Below the pieces are notes generated by a model. That model had not been told where the DNA came from and made no database searches. It saw nothing but the letters and a program-made list of their open reading frames with translations. From a virus: DNA of 64,000 nucleotides. Below, in pieces: positions 1 through 9,130 of the stretch. The stretch lies in the IMG/VR virus record IMGVR_UViG_3300022074_000019, positions 13,924 to 77,923 of that record; one strand, 5' to 3'. Numbering within the stretch: position 1 is the stretch's first letter; every line of letters begins with the position of its first letter. The position numbers and the translations under genes are program-made.

Positions 1-1
1 T

Positions 2-439
2 CCACTTCGCCCTGACTGGAACGATCTGCGTAGTGACGACCGTGAAGTTGCCTATGTCTGGTCTACTGAGCACAAATACGCTGGGTGTCCCGATTTGATT
101 GGCACCATTGGCGGTTTGAACGTTATTGCTGACTTCAAGACTTCTAACGGTCCTTACTGCTCATCCTCGCCTGAGCGGGGTGATCGTGCTGGCTATGGTG
201 GCTGGCGCAAATTCCAAAAATGCGCACAGCAGTTAGGAGCTTATCGTTACGCGCTTAACGAACGTGTTGGCTTTAAATGTGATGTTGCCTTGATTATTGT
301 CACCACAGAAGAGGCTACTCAAGGTATATTTATTGACGGAGATCAACTCGATCTCTACGAATCTCGCTTTTTGAAGCGGGCGAAAATGTTCCACGATATG
401 CACCCAGATACAGATGATCAAGTTGCGGATATCAGTTAA
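2..439 (+). CDS. PD-(D/E)XK family exonuclease (5' truncated by window edge)
   Basis: Frame is open from position 2; motifs YAGCPDLIG...IADFKTS and QLGAY typical of phage PD-(D/E)XK nucleases. Confidence 0.75.
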   Translation, partial: PLRPDWNDLRSDDREVAYVWSTEHKYAGCPDLIGTIGGLNVIADFKTSNGPYCSSSPERGDRAGYGGWRKFQKCAQQLGAYRYALNERVGFKCDVALIIVTTEEATQGIFIDGDQLDLYESRFLKRAKMFHDMHPDTDDQVADIS

Positions 440-2633
440 TAAGAGTTGTAAAAACAAAGAGAGTCAGCCTGCATATGACTGGCTAAACATCAATGAGAGT
501 CTGGAGTGGCTTCAAGGGTGGGTTTCAGCTGGTTACGGCTGGTGTGCTACTCATTTTGTTGACAGGCATCGTCGTCAAGACAATGCTGTTGGTAGCAATG
601 TTGTAGTCATTGACTTCGATGGCGACACCACGCTGGGCCGTTTCTGGCAGATGCAGACTGCACGTGACTGGTGTGTGGCTACTTACACATCATCTAGTCA
701 CACAGAGCAGTGCCATCGCTTCCGTGCCATCTTTCCTCTTGCTATCGACTTGCAGACAGCAGCTCAGCACAAAGGTGCTTATTGGCTTGTCGTCAATCGA
801 CTGCTTGCTGACTTAGGTCTCGAATCTCTCGAAGACAATTGCGGACAAAAGCGTGAGCGTCTCTGGTATGGCAACACCAATGCCGAGTGGCAGCTCAATC
901 CAGGTGCGGAAGTTCCTGACTTTTTGCTTAATGATATTGACTATGAAGAAGCGGTTGATTTTGTCTCTGCTGAGGTCACTGATCAAGATGTAGATCGCTG
1001 TCAGTGGCTTCTGCGTAACTTCCTGACGCCTTCTGAAGATGGCGAGTATGAATCACGTTACGTGCCAGTTATGGCCGCCTGCGCAGCCGTAGGACAGCCT
1101 CTCTTTGATGACTGGGTTGATTGGGTATTGCGTGGTCATCATGGTGAAAAACGTGAGAACATTTTGCCATTCAAATGGCGTGGTCTCGGTAACCAATCTG
1201 GACCTGCTAAGTTATACTCGCTTGCTAAAAAACAAGACAGTAACTGGACATCACAGTTACCACCTGAACTTAAGTTCGGTGCCGTTGGATCTGCTGTCGG
1301 CTATACAGAGTTTGATCAGCTTCCCAACTTTGATGACGTAATCCATACTATCGAGGTAAAAGTGGAACCCGAATTTGAACCAATCCCTGATGCATCTCAG
1401 GCTGTTAAAAAGACTAGAGGTCGTCCTAAGAAATCAAGCAGTGATGCAGCTAAAGAACGTGAGAGTGATGTCAAGCAAGTTCTTGAGATTCTTTCTCTGC
1501 TTCGAAAAAATGAGTTGACTGGTGCTATCGAATACACAGATGGCACTGGCAAAACTGTTGAGCTTCAGGGCAATGACCTTGATCTCATGACTACCAAGCT
1601 CGCTTGTGAGCATGGGGTCTTTATCCCTGAGATGCGTATCAAGTCTGCTATCCAGTATGCCGCTCTCAAGCACAAGTATTGTCCAATTCGACGTTATCTT
1701 GATACTTGTTCAGCGCAAGCTATCCCACACAAAGATTGGGATCGTATTGGCGAAATTTTTCTTGGCAACAAGAACAAGCTGGCAACTCTTGCCATGCAAC
1801 GCATGATGATTGGCGCCGTTGCGCGTGCTTACAACCCTGGATGCTCTATGTCTTGGCTGCCCATTCTCGTAGGCGCACAAGGTGTAGGTAAATCTCAATT
1901 TAGTAGAAGCCTTGTTCCTGAGAAGCTTTTCGCTGAGGTGTCTACTCCCCTCGACACTCTCATGAAAGAGCAGTATCGACTTCACGTTGCTTGGCTACTT
2001 GAGCTTCCTGAGATTGATCACTTCTTTCAGTCTCGCAACATCGAGAACTTTAAGAACTTGATTACTACTCGTTGCGATGAGGTTCGTCGTCCCTATGCAT
2101 CACTCCCTGAGCGTTTGCTCCGCAGGTTTGTGATGATCGGCACGACCAATCGTAATCAGTTTTTGGTTGACAGTACTGGTAACCGTCGTTTTGTTCCTCT
2201 TGAAATTGGAGCTAACTTTCTCATTCCTTGGGAGCAGCTGCAAGAAGAGCGAGACATGCTGTGGGCTTCTGCTATTCAGGCTTACCGCAATGGCGAATCC
2301 TATGAGTTCAATAGTGGTGAAATTGCTCAGATCTCTGAGTACATTCAAGAGTTTGGTGATCCTGATCCTTGGATGGAAAAGATCAGTAATTACGTGGCAT
2401 TGAAGCCTGAAGTTACTGCTGCTGACGTTCTAACACAAGCACTGGATCTTGATCCACGTGCGCAAGGTAGACGTGAAGCACGTCGTGTTGCTGATGTTCT
2501 CCAAACTCTTGGATGGCGTCGACTTAATACCTCACGAAAAGATGCAGTTACTGGTAAAACTAAGTCAGTCCGACTTTGGGTTCGTCCCAAGGATGATCCT
2601 CTTACTGAAGATCACATCCTCAAAGACTTCTGA
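414..2633 (+). CDS. Primase-helicase (N-terminal primase, PriCT-like region, C-terminal VapE-like helicase)
   Basis: IDFD and HRFR primase-type motifs; Walker A GAQGVGKS; VapE-type RRPY, GTTN, DSTGNRRF. Confidence 0.85.
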   Translation: MIKLRISVNKSCKNKESQPAYDWLNINESLEWLQGWVSAGYGWCATHFVDRHRRQDNAVGSNVVVIDFDGDTTLGRFWQMQTARDWCVATYTSSSHTEQCHRFRAIFPLAIDLQTAAQHKGAYWLVVNRLLADLGLESLEDNCGQKRERLWYGNTNAEWQLNPGAEVPDFLLNDIDYEEAVDFVSAEVTDQDVDRCQWLLRNFLTPSEDGEYESRYVPVMAACAAVGQPLFDDWVDWVLRGHHGEKRENILPFKWRGLGNQSGPAKLYSLAKKQDSNWTSQLPPELKFGAVGSAVGYTEFDQLPNFDDVIHTIEVKVEPEFEPIPDASQAVKKTRGRPKKSSSDAAKERESDVKQVLEILSLLRKNELTGAIEYTDGTGKTVELQGNDLDLMTTKLACEHGVFIPEMRIKSAIQYAALKHKYCPIRRYLDTCSAQAIPHKDWDRIGEIFLGNKNKLATLAMQRMMIGAVARAYNPGCSMSWLPILVGAQGVGKSQFSRSLVPEKLFAEVSTPLDTLMKEQYRLHVAWLLELPEIDHFFQSRNIENFKNLITTRCDEVRRPYASLPERLLRRFVMIGTTNRNQFLVDSTGNRRFVPLEIGANFLIPWEQLQEERDMLWASAIQAYRNGESYEFNSGEIAQISEYIQEFGDPDPWMEKISNYVALKPEVTAADVLTQALDLDPRAQGRREARRVADVLQTLGWRRLNTSRKDAVTGKTKSVRLWVRPKDDPLTEDHILKDF

Positions 2634-2656
2634 TAATTCTACTTTTTAACTTTAAA

Positions 2657-2893
2657 ATGAAAACATCTGATATCCATATCGGACTGCGTGTCCGTGTGCT
2701 GTCTAATGACAACACCGCTCTTGTAGTTAGTAAGCCTGAGTATTACACCTCACGTTCTAAGCTTGTTCGTATAAAGTATGAGAACAGCACACGCTATGAA
2801 TACACTACTAATCATTTGATTGAAGCTTTGCCTGTTGATGAACAATATCCAGAGCTTGGTGGTTCTTATGTAAAACCTGAAGGTGATTTCTAA
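2657..2893 (+). CDS. Hypothetical protein
   Basis: ATG ORF closely packed in the replication operon. Confidence 0.6.
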   Translation: MKTSDIHIGLRVRVLSNDNTALVVSKPEYYTSRSKLVRIKYENSTRYEYTTNHLIEALPVDEQYPELGGSYVKPEGDF

Positions 2894-2894
2894 T

Positions 2895-3704
2895 ATGCCT
2901 GAATCGCAGCCCAGCAAAAAACGTGGCGGTCATGCCTACGGTCGTCGTAATCAGCAGATGTCAAATACTGCCGAAGAAGGAGAACTTTGCATCTACAGCG
3001 GCCACTCTCTTGGTCGGTTTTCTTCTCATTCGATGCGTTACGACAGCCATCAAGCTTGTACTCGTTGCGTTGCCTCAGCACGGGAAGGAATGCTTTCCTT
3101 TGATGTAGACCGTTTACTCAAGAAATATCGATCAAAAGCTCTTAAGTTTTGGAGTCAAGTTGATATTGGTTCCCCTGATGAATGCTGGAACTGGAATGGA
3201 GTTATTAATCCCAGAACTAAGCAAGCTCAGTTTGCTTGGCGTCGGCCAGGAATCTCATCATCTACCCAGCATCATCCTCAACGTGTTGCTATGTGGTTGA
3301 CTTGGGGTGATCTTGGGTTTACAGGCGTTAAGACCACTTGCGGCAATAAATATTGCTGTAATCCTTTCCATCTCATTCCTCAAAACATTGGTGTTTTTGT
3401 CGATAATGATACTTATTTAGAGTCATTCGAGCTTGCTTGTCAGATCCATACACTTAAGCAGCAAATTGCTGAGTATGTCATCGAAGAAGCAATCAAGGAA
3501 GAAGCTAAAAAAGCAGAAAAACTAGATGCTGAATTACGTAATGGAATGCTGCTTAATCCCGACACACAATTTGGTGATCGGTTTGAAGCTTTAGTCACTG
3601 ATTTCTTGTCTGGAGCTCACATCTCTCAGCTTAATCCAGAAGATTCCAGCATGTTTAAGTTACCTACTGATAATGATGCTGAAAACCCCACAGATAACAT
3701 TTAA
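2895..3704 (+). CDS. HNH_3-like Zn-finger protein, catalytic His apparently lost
   Basis: ECWNWNG...QRVAMWL...KTTCGNKYCCNPFHL matches the HNH_3 pattern, but the usual xHxC reads KTTC. Confidence 0.6.
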   Translation: MPESQPSKKRGGHAYGRRNQQMSNTAEEGELCIYSGHSLGRFSSHSMRYDSHQACTRCVASAREGMLSFDVDRLLKKYRSKALKFWSQVDIGSPDECWNWNGVINPRTKQAQFAWRRPGISSSTQHHPQRVAMWLTWGDLGFTGVKTTCGNKYCCNPFHLIPQNIGVFVDNDTYLESFELACQIHTLKQQIAEYVIEEAIKEEAKKAEKLDAELRNGMLLNPDTQFGDRFEALVTDFLSGAHISQLNPEDSSMFKLPTDNDAENPTDNI

Positions 3705-3736
3705 TTTATTTACACTTTTACAAGAGTCATTTAGTT

Positions 3737-4165
3737 ATGTCAAGACGAACAGACTTACTTCAGCATCTTATTCAGTCCGACAAGTTCGGCGAAGAGAAGA
3801 CTCAAGAGCAAAAGTTTCTTGCTGCTACTGCTGAATTGATCCTCACTGATCTAATCAATATTGCATCTAATGGTGTACTAGCGAAAGGTGCAGGCAGTTT
3901 AATTATCAATCTTCAAAACGATTCAACCACTTATATGAGTGGTTATGACATTGAACAGGATATTTACACTGCTGAGAAGGCAGAAGACGAAGATACCATC
4001 AAGTTTCTTCGATCTCTGCTTGAAGAAATTAACGAAAATGACTGGTTTAACAATGTATTAATTACTTTGATCAGTGATGCTGGAACAAGAACATTTAGTG
4101 TCGAAGCAGGAGGGAGCCAAGAAAGCCTCCGAACGATCGCAGAAGAATTTACAGGACAAGCTTAA
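3737..4165 (+). CDS. Hypothetical protein
   Basis: 142-aa ORF in operon. Confidence 0.65.
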   Translation: MSRRTDLLQHLIQSDKFGEEKTQEQKFLAATAELILTDLINIASNGVLAKGAGSLIINLQNDSTTYMSGYDIEQDIYTAEKAEDEDTIKFLRSLLEEINENDWFNNVLITLISDAGTRTFSVEAGGSQESLRTIAEEFTGQA

Positions 4166-4745
4166 AGTAGCTGGACTTAAACTTCCGCTGTATCCAACAC
4201 CTCAAATCATTGAGCGTGCACGGACTGTTATGGGTGGTATTGACTACGATCCTACTTCTGATCCTGTTCAGCAAGTTCTTGTTGATGCAACGTCAGTTCC
4301 TTCAGTCAATACTAACCCTCTGCAAGAGCACTGGCATGGCAATGTGTTTGTTTCTCCCAAAGGGGCAGTGCGTACCACTCGAATTTGGTTGAACAAAACG
4401 ATTGATGAGTATCGAAATCATTACATCAATAGTTTTGTATTTTTCACGAGTGCCTCAGAAATCATGAGAGCTGCTCCTGCAATCTTGGATTATCCATTTT
4501 GCATTCCTTTCAAACGTATTAAGCAGCTGCGGGCGACACCTAGTGGATTTGAACCCGTATGCCCGTCTACTTGGAATATTCTTGTGTATGGCCCGCCAGT
4601 TGATGCAGCCATTACCTCTATCGATAAAGTTTCACTATTCCACAACACTTTCCGTGATATTGGCCGTGTCTGCTTTAACGAGTTTGCTGGTGACAGCTGG
4701 ACACGTGATCTTGAGTATTACACTGAAAAGCGTGGTGAAGTTTAA
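4074..4745 (+). CDS. Phage N6-adenine methyltransferase-like protein, degenerate motif IV
   Basis: TPQIIERARTVMGGIDYDP.S and WHGNVFV match phage Dam-like MTases; expected NPPY reads SPKG; start uncertain. Confidence 0.55.
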   Translation: MMLEQEHLVSKQEGAKKASERSQKNLQDKLKVAGLKLPLYPTPQIIERARTVMGGIDYDPTSDPVQQVLVDATSVPSVNTNPLQEHWHGNVFVSPKGAVRTTRIWLNKTIDEYRNHYINSFVFFTSASEIMRAAPAILDYPFCIPFKRIKQLRATPSGFEPVCPSTWNILVYGPPVDAAITSIDKVSLFHNTFRDIGRVCFNEFAGDSWTRDLEYYTEKRGEV

Positions 4746-5164
4746 TGCATAAGCAAATATCTCCTTCTGCTTTTATTACGCTTCCATCTGGTGACGAAGT
4801 CTTCCCTTCACGTCTTATCCATCGTGATGGAACAATTATGTGGAAGCATGCATTGCAAGCTGGTGATAAGCATTATGTGCCTACATCTCTCGCTCATGAA
4901 GCACACATAATCAAGACTGCAGCACGTCTTGAAGAATTGAATGCATGGGTATCCCAAAATCTTGAGCCATGGGATTGTTTCTTGCCAAAATTTTGGTATG
5001 ACCCTCGTAGTATTCATAAACCAACAGCATCTGGATATGCTTGCGAGTTTCAGCACACTTCTCTCAGTACCAGCGCTGTGCTTGAAATGCTTGCACCCCA
5101 TGTGCAAGATCATGAAACTCTTGTCTTGCTAAATAACAGTAACTTGTATTTCTCTAGGTGTTGA
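4745..5164 (+). CDS. Peptidase M15-like fold protein, degenerate
   Basis: HIIKTAARLEEL...FWY...GYACEF resembles cyanobacterial M15A proteins; Zn ligands not evident. Confidence 0.4.
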   Translation: MHKQISPSAFITLPSGDEVFPSRLIHRDGTIMWKHALQAGDKHYVPTSLAHEAHIIKTAARLEELNAWVSQNLEPWDCFLPKFWYDPRSIHKPTASGYACEFQHTSLSTSAVLEMLAPHVQDHETLVLLNNSNLYFSRC

Positions 5165-5224
5165 TAAGGCCGGTTAACACCGGCTGCAGTTTGGGTAAAT
5201 TAAGTCTATACTTTTAACAGAACA

Positions 5225-5536
5225 ATGTATGATATGGACTACGAAAAATTTAAAAAGGATCTAGAAGAATTTGAATCCTGGGATGACAGCAAAATCATTA
5301 GTATGTATAACAAATCTGACGCTGTAAATAGTCCTTCGCATTACACACGTGGATCTACAGAAGCGATCGACATTATTGAGGAAGCCATTCAAGACGCACC
5401 GTCACCTGTAGAAGGAATGCTTCAAGGACAAGTACTTAAGTATCTCTTGCGGCTTTGGCTCAAAGAAAACTCTGTTCAAGACGCCAAGAAAGCTAAGTGG
5501 TATCTCGACCGATTGATTTCTAAGCTAGAAGACTAA
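5225..5536 (+). CDS. DUF3310 (SaV / T7 gp1.7-like) protein
   Basis: DAVNSPSHYT...EAIDII...KYLLR...QDAKKAKWYL signature. Confidence 0.85.
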   Translation: MYDMDYEKFKKDLEEFESWDDSKIISMYNKSDAVNSPSHYTRGSTEAIDIIEEAIQDAPSPVEGMLQGQVLKYLLRLWLKENSVQDAKKAKWYLDRLISKLED

Positions 5537-6120
5537 TGCCTGCACCTAAGCACGATCCAACTTTCATTCATGATAAAGAGCGTTACTTTATCAATTTAGC
5601 CAAGCAGGTTGAAACCGGATCTAATCATCCCATCGCTCCTGGTGGATGTGTAATTGTGCGCGATCGAGAGATCGTTGGTGATGGCCGCAGTATTCTCGCA
5701 GATTGCAAGGTTGAAATAGACTGTGTAACCTATGCAATAGCCACTGCTTGCAAGCGTGGCACACCTATCACAGGTGCCGTTATATATTCCACTCGTTATC
5801 CTTTTTCTGCCTCTGTCTTTCAGTTATACCTGATGGGCATTCGCAAAATTATTGTGTTGGCTCACGAGTGGGAGCCTTACTACAAAGACGAATATCGACG
5901 CAGTGCTCGACTAGCACGCGAACTATCTATATCTATTGAACCATTTTTTGAAAACGAAGATGAACGTTTCTCAACCAACAACCAAGCCCCCCGTTTCGAC
6001 GACAAAGAAGAGCAATTCCAGAACAAAGACCTCTACACGTACAGCCCGGCGGAACGCGATGATTTCGACGCTGAACAATATCAACAACAAATCGATGACT
6101 CAAACCACTCTACTCTTTGA
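5536..6120 (+). CDS. dCMP deaminase-like protein lacking Zn-binding motifs
   Basis: GCVIVRDREIVGDG, GAVIYST.YP and GIRKII scaffold present; HAE and PCxxC replaced by DCV and PFSAS. Confidence 0.65.
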   Translation: MPAPKHDPTFIHDKERYFINLAKQVETGSNHPIAPGGCVIVRDREIVGDGRSILADCKVEIDCVTYAIATACKRGTPITGAVIYSTRYPFSASVFQLYLMGIRKIIVLAHEWEPYYKDEYRRSARLARELSISIEPFFENEDERFSTNNQAPRFDDKEEQFQNKDLYTYSPAERDDFDAEQYQQQIDDSNHSTL

Positions 6121-6625
6121 CCTTGAATCCACTGGTCTGCTTCGTCGTGGCTCCAGTATCCACTGCATCGTTGCCCGAGATCTCAACAACTCCTCAGATG
6201 CGCTCGTATGGGATGTACCTCGTAACAACCTCGATCAAGGTGTTGAACAGCTACGTCGAGCCGATGTGCTTGTTGGGCATAACATCGCTGGCTACGACAT
6301 CCCCCTGATTCAAGAGGGATACGACTTTGATTTCCAAGGCGAAGTTATCGACACCCTTGTACTTTCTCGTTTGTTCTATCCACATATCCAAGAGCGTGAC
6401 TTCGAACGTCGTCCTATTGGCATGCCTCAGAAACTTTACGGCCGTCATAGTTTGGAGGCCTGGGGTTATCGCCTCAAATGCTTCAAAGGCGACTTTGGTA
6501 AGCATGATGGTGCTTGGGATACTTACACACCCGAAATGCTTGACTATTGCATTCAAGATACTGAGGTAACTGTCAAGCTCTACGAACTTATGCTTCGACG
6601 TATGCAAGATTATGCAACCACGTAA
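6095..6625 (+). CDS. 3'-5' exonuclease domain of T7-like DNA polymerase A (stand-alone gene)
   Basis: ExoI FDLESTGL, ExoII GHNIAGYD, HSLEAWGYRL, ExoIII YCIQD. Confidence 0.9.
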   Translation: MTQTTLLFDLESTGLLRRGSSIHCIVARDLNNSSDALVWDVPRNNLDQGVEQLRRADVLVGHNIAGYDIPLIQEGYDFDFQGEVIDTLVLSRLFYPHIQERDFERRPIGMPQKLYGRHSLEAWGYRLKCFKGDFGKHDGAWDTYTPEMLDYCIQDTEVTVKLYELMLRRMQDYATT

Positions 6626-6693
6626 ATCCCCATTAAAAGTTAAACCTGATTATCCTAAGGATAATAAATCGACTAACAATAAAGAAAAAACTA

Positions 6694-6948
6694 ATGAGCA
6701 AGACCGAGACTACTTTGAAAGCTACAGATCCTTTGACCGTTGACGAGGTCAAGGCTGCTAGTGACATCTTCTTTCCACTTTTTACTGAGGTTGATGGCCG
6801 CATGCCTGACGGAGCTTCTGTTGAAGATACTTTGAAGGTTATGGAAGCTGTAGCCAAACTCGCTCATAAACAGCGTGCTAAAGCTAAAGAAGAAAAGATT
6901 AAAGAAAAATTTGGTTTCAACAAAATTGCTGAGGATGCTGATGATTGA
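6694..6948 (+). CDS. Hypothetical protein between the exonuclease and polymerase genes
   Basis: 84-aa ORF whose end overlaps the polymerase start. Confidence 0.65.
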   Translation: MSKTETTLKATDPLTVDEVKAASDIFFPLFTEVDGRMPDGASVEDTLKVMEAVAKLAHKQRAKAKEEKIKEKFGFNKIAEDADD

Positions 6949-8242
6949 TTGCGTCAAACTTGAAATGGATATGGCACTGCTGATGACACAGCAGGAGGCC
7001 TCTGGATTCCGCTTTGACATGGACGCCGCAGAGCGTGTGCGTGATGAGCTCACAAATGAAATGCAGACACTGCTAGGCATCATCAAATCTCGCTACCCTT
7101 TTGTTCCTGGCAAAGTATTTACACCAAAGCGTGCAAACAAAACTAAAGGTTATGTGGCTGGTGCACCCTTTACCAAGCTAGAGGAGTTCAACCCAACCAG
7201 CCGTCAGAACATTGCCTGGGCTTTGCAAACGTTCCGCAAGGCTCGCTTCACCAAGCTCACCGATAGTGGTAAGCCGAAGGTCGATGAAGCTGTGCTGAGC
7301 GAGGTACGTGATAAAGCACTGCAAGATGGCAACACCCTGCTGCACGAAGAGTGTGAGATGTTTATCCGTCTACTTACTCTGCAGAAGTGGCTGGGACAGC
7401 TTTCTGAGGGTGCGAACTCTTGGTTCAATACGATTGAGCAGGACGGCTGCATCCATCACAGCTGCACACTTGCTACACAAACGGGGCGTAACGCCCACCG
7501 TGGTCCCAACCTCGGCAATGTCGTAAGTGCACCTTGGGCACGTCAACTGTTTATCCCTCACCCCGGTCACGTCATGGTAGGCGCTGACCTTGAAGGCTTA
7601 GAGCTTCGAGCGCTTGGGCACTACCTCAGCAGGTTCGATGACAATGCCTTCGCTGACGTTGTTATCAACGGCGATATTCACCAGCAGAACGCTGACCGTG
7701 TGGGTTGCACTCGTAAAGAAGTAAAAACCATTACCTACGCTTTCATCTATGGCGCAGGTGATGCAAAGCTCGGACACAGCTTGTGTCCTGAGCTGCCTGA
7801 TATTGAGAAAAAACAACTTGGCACTGAGCTTCGTCGCAAGTTCCTTGCCGCTATTCCTGGATTGGAGCCATTAATTGATGCAGTCAAACAAAAAGTTCGC
7901 AATAGCGGTCGTCTTAGGGGGCTTGATGGGCGTCCTGTATTCTGTCGGGCTGAACATGCCTCACTCAACTACCTATTGCAATCCGCTGGAGCAGTCATCT
8001 CCAAGCGTTGGGTGGTTTTCGGACAACAACTGCTAGACGAAGCAGGGCTTGTCTACGATCGCGATTACACCCGTTGTGCATATGTGCACGATGAAGTTCA
8101 ACTGTCTGTTATACCCCAACAAGTTGATACTGTTAAACAGCTTCTAGAAAATGCTGCTCCACTTGCTGGACAGTATTACAACTTTCGAGTTCCTATTGCA
8201 GCTTCTGCAGACAGTGGCGCGTCATGGCAGGATACACATTGA
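6935..8242 (+). CDS. polA: DNA polymerase family A, polymerase domain
   Basis: Motif A GADLEGLELR, motif B KTITYAFIYG, motif C YVHDEVQ; FNPTSRQNI and KPKVDE as in T7-like Pol; start is ATG 6935 or 6941. Confidence 0.95.
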   Translation: MLMIDCVKLEMDMALLMTQQEASGFRFDMDAAERVRDELTNEMQTLLGIIKSRYPFVPGKVFTPKRANKTKGYVAGAPFTKLEEFNPTSRQNIAWALQTFRKARFTKLTDSGKPKVDEAVLSEVRDKALQDGNTLLHEECEMFIRLLTLQKWLGQLSEGANSWFNTIEQDGCIHHSCTLATQTGRNAHRGPNLGNVVSAPWARQLFIPHPGHVMVGADLEGLELRALGHYLSRFDDNAFADVVINGDIHQQNADRVGCTRKEVKTITYAFIYGAGDAKLGHSLCPELPDIEKKQLGTELRRKFLAAIPGLEPLIDAVKQKVRNSGRLRGLDGRPVFCRAEHASLNYLLQSAGAVISKRWVVFGQQLLDEAGLVYDRDYTRCAYVHDEVQLSVIPQQVDTVKQLLENAAPLAGQYYNFRVPIAASADSGASWQDTH

Positions 8243-8274
8243 GATATCAAGTTCATATTGATACAATGTAAATT

Positions 8275-8469
8275 ATGGAGAATCCTGAAAGTCATCTGTT
8301 TAACTTTCAAGTCGATGGACCGGCATTAAAACTGCTGGTCAGGGGAATGCGTTACTACTTAGAAAAGTGGCCAGGTGGTGATGCTAACGATCAGATTGCA
8401 ATTCAAAACATGTTATTTGAATTAAATAAAGCACATCTTGAGTTGCAGTTTATTGAAGACAATAGCTAA
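8275..8469 (+). CDS. Hypothetical protein, paralogue of 8845-9024
   Basis: Own TACAAT -10 box; similar to the 8845 ORF. Confidence 0.55.
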   Translation: MENPESHLFNFQVDGPALKLLVRGMRYYLEKWPGGDANDQIAIQNMLFELNKAHLELQFIEDNS

Positions 8470-8648
8470 ACAGTAATTGAATGTTCGCCGTGGACTTCGG
8501 TTATTTCGTAACATTGAGTTATGGAACATTTTTGGCAGCGATTTCAAAAATCACTGAGGTTGCAGAAGTGGCCTGTGCTTTCTAATGCTGAGCATTTGCT
8601 CAGAGAGCAGAAGCGAAAGCTTGACAAATTATATGGTCGTAATGACAA

Positions 8649-8852
8649 ATGAATATTCTTGCCGCTCTGATAATTGCTACGCATGGTGCTGGACCCTACG
8701 ACTGGCATATGTCATGCGAAAGATGGCAAGAGCGTGCACATGAAATTCTTGCTGATGAAAAACTACCTGAAAAAGAACGCTGGTTTCTTGTTCGATATTT
8801 ACGTAATAAAGTAATAGGTATATGCCCTTTTGACTGGACTGATAATGTCTAA
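8649..8852 (+). CDS. Hypothetical protein
   Basis: Short ORF with hydrophobic N-terminus. Confidence 0.5.
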   Translation: MNILAALIIATHGAGPYDWHMSCERWQERAHEILADEKLPEKERWFLVRYLRNKVIGICPFDWTDNV

Positions 8853-9024
8853 AAATACAATCCCTATTGAATTTGATAAAGCATCCATCAAGATGCTGCT
8901 TAATACTCTAGATAAATATCAAGAGTCTCATCCCCTTGGTTCACCTGTAGAAAAAGATCGTTTTTCTGATATCTATAAAAAGTTAAAGATTGCTCTTTTT
9001 GAGCTCACTTTTATGGACGGCTAA
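8845..9024 (+). CDS. Hypothetical protein
   Basis: Overlaps the upstream stop; similar to the 8275 ORF. Confidence 0.5.
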   Translation: MSKNTIPIEFDKASIKMLLNTLDKYQESHPLGSPVEKDRFSDIYKKLKIALFELTFMDG

Positions 9025-9026
9025 GA

Positions 9027-9043
9027 GTATTAATAGCTACAAT
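9027..9043 (+). promoter_or_regulatory. NtcA box (GTA-N8-TAC) overlapping a TACAAT -10 element
   Basis: GTAttaatagcTAC at 9027-9040; TACAAT at 9038-9043; riboswitch starts 9 nt later. Confidence 0.7.
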
Positions 9044-9051
9044 TAAATTAC

Positions 9052-9100
9052 ATCGTTCATCCCTAAAGGGACGCAAGTAAGGCAGAGCCTGAAGGAACGG
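9052..9100 (+). ncRNA. Glutamine riboswitch (glnA-type RNA motif)
   Basis: ATCGTTC-A-TCCC-TAAA-GGGA-CGC-AAGTA-AGGC-AGA-GCCT-GAAG-GAACG: P1 CGTTC/GAACG, P2, and P3 with an AGUA/GAA E-loop; lies upstream of a YRG-motif peptide. Confidence 0.85.
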
Positions 9101-9130
9101 GAAATTTCTTAAACACTATGGAGGTTTCCA

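Noticed and set aside
5936-6094. N-terminal extension of the exonuclease ORF
   Set aside because: Alternative frame of the deaminase-like gene; homology begins at ATG 6095.
6626-6934. Group I intron or intein splitting DNA polymerase
   Set aside because: No recognisable P/Q/R/S elements or intein motifs; the gap is filled by ordinary ORFs.
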